Below, piece after piece: positions 25,869-32,000 of a stretch of DNA of 32,000 nucleotides (positions within the stretch are counted from its first letter, which is position 1; each line of letters begins with the position of its first letter). The notes beneath the pieces were generated by a model. The model searched no databases. It had not been told where the DNA came from and saw only the letters and a list, made by a program, of their open reading frames with translations. The stretch lies in assembly GCA_963704705.1 (NCBI GenBank), contig OY969931.1, positions 870,001 to 902,000 on the forward strand. Reading direction: 5' to 3'. The translations under genes were made by a program, and so were the position numbers. Source of the stretch: an uncultured bacterium. Lineage in GTDB: Bacteria; Patescibacteriota; Gracilibacteria; UBA1369; PNNO01.

Positions 25869-27269
25869 ATGCCGAGCTTTAAATATATTATTGTTAATAA
25901 GGAGAACAAGCAATTAACAGGAGAAGTTGATGCACCTTCTGAAAATGTTGCACGTAAAGATTTACAGGAACTTGGATTTTCTATTGTTTCAATTGAAGAA
26001 AAAAAGAAAGAAGATAAAGATGAAGTTGGTATGATTTTTGAATTTAAGGGAATTGATAGTCAAAACAGAAAAATAACAGGCACTATAAAATCAGAAAACA
26101 GATATCAGGCTTTCAAAAGGCTTATAACTGAATATGAGCTGGATGTTCACTATGTAGTGCAATCGAATTTAAATCCAAAAGACAAAACAAAACAGATTGA
26201 AGAAGGAGTTAAAGATTTAATGAAAAAATATCAGGAAGAAATTAAAAAAAATACTAATTTATTTCATGAGAAAAAATTAAAACAAATCGATCGTAATTTT
26301 GATAAAGAAAAAGCATTGGTAATGCGACAGGTTGATTTTGTTTTAGCTAAAGTTAGTGAATCAATTGATTCTTTTGCGAAAGAATTAAATGCCGATGATA
26401 AACAAAGAATAAAAGATTATGTAAATAAAATATTAAGGCTTAAAAATACTACTAATCTTGAATATCTCAAAAAAAGTACTCAGGATTTACTTAAATTTTT
26501 ACAAAAAGCTGAAATTTTTGTAAATAAAAAATCAAATGTTCAATCTAAATTAAAATTATATGCGCAAAGTGAAGATATGATTGATCATTTGGAAAAGGGT
26601 AAAGATTTTGGGGTTTATCAGGATTTAGAAGAGCAAATTTTAAGATGGCAGTCAGAACATATAAAAGGGAAAAAGAAGAACGAAATATCTATAGTTAATA
26701 AAATTAAAAGTATTTATTACGGAATTTTATTAAGAATAATTCATCAACCCGAAGAAATTCGTCAAATTAATAAAGAACTCGATTATTTAAACCGTGAGAT
26801 TAAACAATATTATGGTGTTTATTTAAAAGCAAAAGATCCTAATTATAAAAAAGAAGCAATTAACAGTATTAAAAGATTAAAAAAGAGAAAAATTACTCTT
26901 AAAAATAAATTAAATGAATTAAAGAAAGAAGAAATCAGAAGAACTAAAGAAGAAGGTGAATTAAATTTCTTTGAAAAAATTATAGAAGGAGTTAATGGAA
27001 TTACCGGATGGTTACTTTTTTTCTATTTGGTTTTTTATTTTATTTCAGGAATTATAATCAGTAAAAATATAATTTTTGAATTTTATGAGATTCCAAGTGT
27101 ATTTTTTCTGTTTCAATCAGGCTTGATAAAATATATATTACCAATTGTATTTCTTTTGCATGTAACAACAAGTACAAAACTTTACTTTTTTAAAAAGAAT
27201 TTAATAGCAGATATTATTCTTTTCCCGGCATTTGCGCTTGTTTCACTTATTGTAGTTTTTAATTTTTAA
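25869..27269 (+). CDS. Membrane protein with two tandem GspF/PilC N-terminal-like domains, long charged helical region and C-terminal TM segments
   Basis: FKYIIVNKENKQLTGEVDAPSENVARKDLQELGFSIVSIEE and FEFKGIDSQNRKITGTIKSENRYQAFKRLITEYELDV, followed by a Lys/Glu-rich helical stretch and about 3 hydrophobic segments. Confidence 0.7.
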   Translation: MPSFKYIIVNKENKQLTGEVDAPSENVARKDLQELGFSIVSIEEKKKEDKDEVGMIFEFKGIDSQNRKITGTIKSENRYQAFKRLITEYELDVHYVVQSNLNPKDKTKQIEEGVKDLMKKYQEEIKKNTNLFHEKKLKQIDRNFDKEKALVMRQVDFVLAKVSESIDSFAKELNADDKQRIKDYVNKILRLKNTTNLEYLKKSTQDLLKFLQKAEIFVNKKSNVQSKLKLYAQSEDMIDHLEKGKDFGVYQDLEEQILRWQSEHIKGKKKNEISIVNKIKSIYYGILLRIIHQPEEIRQINKELDYLNREIKQYYGVYLKAKDPNYKKEAINSIKRLKKRKITLKNKLNELKKEEIRRTKEEGELNFFEKIIEGVNGITGWLLFFYLVFYFISGIIISKNIIFEFYEIPSVFFLFQSGLIKYILPIVFLLHVTTSTKLYFFKKNLIADIILFPAFALVSLIVVFNF

Positions 27270-27270
27270 T

Positions 27271-28089
27271 ATGTTTCCTGTAGTTTTTGAATTAGGACCG
27301 ATTATTATTTTCTCACTTTGGTTATTTGTGGGATTGGCATTCCTTACAGGTGTTTTTATTTTTACAAAACTTGCCCGAATGAAAAGATTAAATATAAATT
27401 TTTTATATAAATATAGTTTATTAATTTTTGTCTTTGGAATAATAGGTTCACGTTTGGTATATGTTTTGGAAAATTTACAATATTATTTTTATGAGATTAA
27501 TTTTTATTCATTTTTAAAAATATTTTTTATTTGGGAAGATAAAGGATTATCTTTATTCGGTGCACTTTTGGGTATAGTAGGCTCATTAATATATTTCTCC
27601 TATAAAGAAAAAGAACAAACATTAAAATGGCTTGATATTCTAACGATTTCAATAATTTCAGGTTTAGCAATTGGTCATATCGGTACATTTTTAGATGGAA
27701 TTAATTATGGACGTGAAACAAGTCTTCCATGGGGAGTTGTTTTTGATAACCCATCGGTAAAATATGCAGTACCAATACATCCAACGCAAATATATGCCTT
27801 TTTATACAGCACAATTATTGCTGTTGTACTTTTCATTATTTACAAAAAAAATCTTGTTAAAACAGGCATGATAATGAAAATTGGGTTATTAAGTTATGGC
27901 ACCATGATGTTTTTGGAAGGATTTATTAGAGGTGATGATGTAATAATGTTTTTATCAATTAGAATTGAACAATGGTTAGCATTATTGATAATAATTACTA
28001 CTGGTGCTTTATTAATTTATAGTTATAATAAAAATCGTAAAAATAATTCTAACAATTCAAAACATGGAAATTCTGAGTTATCTATTTAG
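27271..28089 (+). CDS. lgt: Prolipoprotein diacylglyceryl transferase-like membrane protein (divergent)
   Basis: Topology and conserved context: WEDKGLSLFGALLG, GHIGTFLDGINYGRETSLPWGV, HPTQIYAFL, YGTMMFLEGFIRGDD. Confidence 0.8.
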   Translation: MFPVVFELGPIIIFSLWLFVGLAFLTGVFIFTKLARMKRLNINFLYKYSLLIFVFGIIGSRLVYVLENLQYYFYEINFYSFLKIFFIWEDKGLSLFGALLGIVGSLIYFSYKEKEQTLKWLDILTISIISGLAIGHIGTFLDGINYGRETSLPWGVVFDNPSVKYAVPIHPTQIYAFLYSTIIAVVLFIIYKKNLVKTGMIMKIGLLSYGTMMFLEGFIRGDDVIMFLSIRIEQWLALLIIITTGALLIYSYNKNRKNNSNNSKHGNSELSI

Positions 28090-28468
28090 TCCAATACCTG
28101 GTATTACATTTAATTATTATAATTATCTGTATATTTATTCTGTTGCCCTTATTGTAATTGGTTTGATATTTTGGCTGATTCTAATCAAGGCTAAAAACAA
28201 TAAAGCTTTTACAAAAACATATAAATCTGTGCCTAGCCAATTTATTTGGATTGGAATTATTTTAGTTATTTTGGTTGCATCGCGAGTTAACGGCATAGCA
28301 TATTTAAGTATGCGTTTCCTATTAATTATATTTTTGGCGATTTCAGCATATTTAATAATTAAAAATATATTTAATTATTTCAAAAAATATCCTGAAATGA
28401 AAAAAGTTGTTAAACCGAAAGATAAAAATAATGAAGCTAAACCAAAATATACAACTAGCAAGAAGTAA
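28064..28468 (+). CDS. Hypothetical membrane protein (134 aa), overlaps lgt 3' end
   Basis: Three predicted hydrophobic segments and a Lys-rich tail. 26-bp overlap with lgt. Confidence 0.65.
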   Translation: MEILSYLFSPIPGITFNYYNYLYIYSVALIVIGLIFWLILIKAKNNKAFTKTYKSVPSQFIWIGIILVILVASRVNGIAYLSMRFLLIIFLAISAYLIIKNIFNYFKKYPEMKKVVKPKDKNNEAKPKYTTSKK

Positions 28469-29659
28469 TTAAAAAATTTCAGTTAAATCATAAACTGCCA
28501 GAGTACCATTATTAATATATAAATACTTTGGTTTTGATTTATTAATATAAATATTTTTATCAAAAAACTTATTGCAATTAGTTAAATCCAAATCACAAAT
28601 CATTAAAATATTATTCTTCTCTATAAATATATGTTTTGAATCATTATGCCATTTTATTAACTCTATTTCTTCAACAAATCGTGCTAATAATTCTTTAGTT
28701 CTATCAAAAATATTATAAACAAATAATTCACCCGAAGTAGTAATATAAAGTAATTTTTCACTATTATTAGAAATTTCAGGTTTAAGACTAATTGAATCAT
28801 CAATAATTTCTATTTGATTATCTATAATTTCAAAAAGCTCTTTACCACATGTTAAAAAAACATGGTCATAAGAAGAAATAACATCAAAACTATTTTTACA
28901 ATTCTGTTTATCATCTAAAATAGTAATTTCACTTAAGGTTGAGTCTTCTTTTATATCAGCTTTATAAATAACTGCGGAATTTAAATAATAACCAGTTAAA
29001 TTTGGAGTATAAGCAACCGTGAAATTATTAAATTCATCAGGTATTTGAATTAATTGAGTTGTACTGTCATACAAATTAATAATTTCTAAACTATTTTTAT
29101 CTTTAATTCCCAATCTTCCGTTATCAATAAAATAAATATCCTTATCCCCAAGAATAACATTAACTTTACCTGATTGTTTTAATTCTTTATTAATAATTTT
29201 ATAAAAAAACAGTTCATTTAATTCTCTTGAAATAAATACAATATAATCATCCCCTATTAAATATTCATCAAAATCAAAATCTATATTCAATGTATATAAA
29301 TATGGTTCATAATCAAAAGGCAATAATAAAATATCATCTACTTTGGTAACCAAATCTTCAAAAACTTCTATTTGTTTTGACCATTTGGTAAAGCCATCTT
29401 TATAAATATCAATTGAATGAATTCCTGGTTTAATTTTCTTTACCTGAAAAGGAGCTTTTTTTGAAACTAATTTATCATCAATATAAATCTCAGCATTTTT
29501 AACCTTTGAAGTTATATCAATTATACTGGTTTTAACGATATTTTGGTGCAATAAATCGATCTGATATCCATAAGCAGCCAAAAGTGCGTATGCTGTAGCA
29601 AAAATAAAAAGTAACACTCCAAAAATTTGAAGTACAATCTTTAAAAACTTTTTTCGCAT
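28469..29659 (-). CDS. PEGA-domain protein with N-terminal TM and probable beta-propeller-like C-terminal region
   Basis: NAEIYIDDKLVSKKAPFQVKKIKPGIHSIDIYKDGFTKWSKQIEV matches the PEGA pattern. The remainder is beta-rich with repeated NN/SE-type turns. Confidence 0.75.
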   Translation of the reverse strand: MRKKFLKIVLQIFGVLLFIFATAYALLAAYGYQIDLLHQNIVKTSIIDITSKVKNAEIYIDDKLVSKKAPFQVKKIKPGIHSIDIYKDGFTKWSKQIEVFEDLVTKVDDILLLPFDYEPYLYTLNIDFDFDEYLIGDDYIVFISRELNELFFYKIINKELKQSGKVNVILGDKDIYFIDNGRLGIKDKNSLEIINLYDSTTQLIQIPDEFNNFTVAYTPNLTGYYLNSAVIYKADIKEDSTLSEITILDDKQNCKNSFDVISSYDHVFLTCGKELFEIIDNQIEIIDDSISLKPEISNNSEKLLYITTSGELFVYNIFDRTKELLARFVEEIELIKWHNDSKHIFIEKNNILMICDLDLTNCNKFFDKNIYINKSKPKYLYINNGTLAVYDLTEIF

Positions 29660-29663
29660 AATA

Positions 29664-30155
29664 TTATTTAATGCTCAATATTTCGTATTCAACAACTCCT
29701 GCCGGAACATTAACTTTAATTCTTTCTCCAACACCTCTGTCTAATAATGCATTTCCTACTGGTGACTCGTTTGAAATCTTGCTGTCATAATCTGCTTCAG
29801 TTGATCCTACAATTATAAATTCCTGCGGTTTTGAATTTCTTTTTGTTTTATTTTGAACTTTCACAGTAGAACCCAATTGAACGGTTTTACCTGAATTTTT
29901 CTTTTTTTCATCAATAATTTGAGCATATTTGATTTTATCTTCAAGTTCAAGAATTCTTCCTTCAATAAAAGCCTGTTCATTTTTAGCTTCCTCATATTCA
30001 GAGTTTTCTGAAAGATCACCATAGCTGATTGCTTCTTTAATTCTGCCTGCAATTTCTTTACGTTTTAAATTTTTTAAATTATCAAGTTCCTCTTTTAGCT
30101 TTTTATAACCATCCTTGGTTACTAAAGTTACTTTATCCTCATTTATATCAGCCAT
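29664..30155 (-). CDS. greA: Transcription elongation factor GreA
   Basis: VTKDGYKKLKEELDNLKN, AISYGDLSENSEYEEAKNEQAFIEGRI, SPVGNALLDRGVGERIKVNVPAG. Confidence 0.95.
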   Translation of the reverse strand: MADINEDKVTLVTKDGYKKLKEELDNLKNLKRKEIAGRIKEAISYGDLSENSEYEEAKNEQAFIEGRILELEDKIKYAQIIDEKKKNSGKTVQLGSTVKVQNKTKRNSKPQEFIIVGSTEADYDSKISNESPVGNALLDRGVGERIKVNVPAGVVEYEILSIK

Positions 30156-30178
30156 AGTATAAAAGTTAATTATAATTT

Positions 30179-31297
30179 TTAAGTTGGGCGTATTTTTACG
30201 CTCGTTGGATGTTCTTTAAGTTTTTGTAATACTTTTGCCTCAATTTGTCTGATTCTTTCACGTGTAACATTAAATTCATGACCCACTTCTTCTAATGTAT
30301 GACCAACTCCGTCTTTTAATCCAAAACGCATTTCAATAATCTTTCTTTCACGTGGTGAAAGATATTGAAGCATTTCATGTATATTTTCTTTAATTATTTG
30401 TCTGTTTGTTGCGTCAGCAGGAGAAAGTGCATCATCATCCTCAATAAAATCTCCTAGTTTGCTATCTTCTTCAGTTCCAACAGGCGCTTCCAAAGAAACT
30501 ATATCCTGTGAAATCTTCATAATATGACGTACTTTTTTAACATCCATATCCATTTCAGCTGCCAATTCTTCAATTAATGGTTCACGGCCAAGCTCCTGTA
30601 CCAATCTTCTCTGCGCATGAGTCAATTTATTGATTGTTTCAACCATATGAACCGGAATTCTGATAGTTCGTGCCTGATCAGCGATTGCACGCGTAATAGC
30701 CTGTCTAATCCACCATGTTGCATATGTTGAGAATTTAAATCCTCTATTTGGGTCAAATTTTTCAACTGCTCTGAATAAACCAATGTTTCCCTCCTGAATT
30801 AAATCAAGAAAAGAAAGTCCTCTACCAATATATTTTTTAGCAATACTTACAACCAATCTCAAATTGGCTTCAGCAAGCTTTTGTTTTGCTGTCTGGTCTC
30901 CTTTTTTAATTGCGCGTGCTAAATCAATTTCTTCTTTAGCGGTTAATAAAGGAACTTTACCTATTTCACATAAATAAAGTCTAATAGAATCATTAGCGAT
31001 TTCTTTAAGTTCGATTTCTTTTTTATCTTTTATCATTTGCTCCTCTTCTTCTTCCTTATTTTTCCAAATCATCTCATCTTTGACATCAATTACATCAATG
31101 CCAAGATCTAAAAATAAACTATAGATCTCATCTAATAATAAAAGATCGTCTTCAACATTCGGTACAGCTTTTAAAAGCTCCTGTTGAGTTACGAAACCTT
31201 GTTCTCTACCCTTTTTTACAAGCTTTTTAACTGCATCCGGAAATTGTGCAAGCTTATCGTCAGATGGATGAACTATGAATTTTTTGGTACGTGCCAT
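30179..31297 (-). CDS. rpoD: RNA polymerase primary sigma factor
   Basis: [76 protein letters not shown]; region 4 [28 protein letters not shown]. Confidence 0.97.
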   Translation of the reverse strand: MARTKKFIVHPSDDKLAQFPDAVKKLVKKGREQGFVTQQELLKAVPNVEDDLLLLDEIYSLFLDLGIDVIDVKDEMIWKNKEEEEEQMIKDKKEIELKEIANDSIRLYLCEIGKVPLLTAKEEIDLARAIKKGDQTAKQKLAEANLRLVVSIAKKYIGRGLSFLDLIQEGNIGLFRAVEKFDPNRGFKFSTYATWWIRQAITRAIADQARTIRIPVHMVETINKLTHAQRRLVQELGREPLIEELAAEMDMDVKKVRHIMKISQDIVSLEAPVGTEEDSKLGDFIEDDDALSPADATNRQIIKENIHEMLQYLSPRERKIIEMRFGLKDGVGHTLEEVGHEFNVTRERIRQIEAKVLQKLKEHPTSVKIRPT

Positions 31298-31307
31298 ATT
31301 TAATATT

Positions 31308-32000
31308 TTAATTGCCCACTAAATTTTTGAGCTGTAATAAAAGATTTTTTGCTTTCTCTGATTCTCCGTTTTTTTCCGCTTCTTTAATTTGTGTTGATAA
31401 ACTCTTTTGCAGTCGTTCAGTTCTAAATCTTTTTTCGCTTTCAAGCAGAAGTTTGAATTCTTTTTTCAACATTTCTTCATTGAATGTACCGTATAAATCG
31501 TCTACAAATAAAGAAATAACCACTAATCGATCCGCGATTTCTTCACTGAAACATGACAAAAAATCCTTCCTCGTATCCTCTGCTCGAAGCAAATTATAGT
31601 GATCTTTATACGTATTGTAAATGCTTTTTTCAACTTCATTTAATAATTTTTCATCAATTTCCTTAATATAATCTTCAAAAAGCTCCGGATTCTCATAAAT
31701 AAGCCCAAAAACAATTTCCATACTAGTAATTTTATGTACTATTTGTTCATTTATTTGCTCGGATTTTTTTAATGTAGGTATAATTGAGCTCTTAAAATGT
31801 TTAATTTCATCATAAATAAAGATTTCTTTTGTATCTAATTTCTGAGCAATTATCCTTATATACTGATCTTTTTCAAAATTACTGCTTAATAAATTCAAAT
31901 ATGGGATAAGCTCGGATAAAATATGCTTTTTTCCATCAATTGTCTGTGAATTATATTTTTTTAGAGACAAATCGATACAAAAATCCATAAATGGGATTAT
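31308..32000 (-). CDS. dnaG: DNA primase DnaG, C-terminal part (5' part beyond window)
   Basis: [56 protein letters not shown] resembles the DnaG region after the TOPRIM domain. Located directly upstream of rpoD, the classical dnaG-rpoD order. Frame is open to the window edge. Confidence 0.82.
   Translation of the reverse strand: MIPFMDFCIDLSLKKYNSQTIDGKKHILSELIPYLNLLSSNFEKDQYIRIIAQKLDTKEIFIYDEIKHFKSSIIPTLKKSEQINEQIVHKITSMEIVFGLIYENPELFEDYIKEIDEKLLNEVEKSIYNTYKDHYNLLRAEDTRKDFLSCFSEEIADRLVVISLFVDDLYGTFNEEMLKKEFKLLLESEKRFRTERLQKSLSTQIKEAEKNGESEKAKNLLLQLKNLVGN

Noticed and set aside
30186-30203. Hairpin GGGCGTA-TTTT-TACGCTC near the 3' end of rpoD
   Set aside because: It has a 7-bp stem but lies inside the rpoD coding frame. 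Neither strand has a T-tract directly after it, so I do not call it a terminator.
29861-31599. ORFs 29861-30052 (-) in greA and 31312-31599 (+) antisense to dnaG
   Set aside because: Overlap well-supported genes, with no independent coding evidence.

Overview
Gene-dense, AT-rich bacterial chromosomal window with about 29 plausible CDSs and one tRNA. I see no phage, transposase, CRISPR or defence locus. The content is mostly housekeeping: pepP-like (partial), a purQ fusion, glmS, pyk, ruvC, a TPR protein, a prepilin peptidase, gpmI, a manC-like gene plus cupin, secDF, tRNA-Arg(TCG), a DUF1858 protein, an RND efflux adaptor/permease pair, priA, trpS, pyrG, an lgt-like gene, a PEGA-domain protein, greA, rpoD and dnaG (partial). 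Proteins read through at full length with the standard stop set. The AT richness and compactness would fit a candidate-phyla lineage (for example Peregrinibacteria-like), but that is a low-confidence guess. Main points for a second look: (1) a fused SecD-SecF with a parvulin/PpiC domain inserted in SecD; (2) a PurQ with a C-terminal PurS-like extension; (3) a membrane protein with two tandem GspF-N-like domains but no GspF core; (4) an Lgt-like protein with several canonical active-site positions substituted; (5) an uncharacterised ~52-aa repeat protein overlapping its convergent neighbour; (6) near-absence of Shine-Dalgarno sequences; (7) abutting convergent genes sharing a TAATTA double stop; (8) strong depletion of TGA stops. 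None of these amounts to a demonstrated new system.
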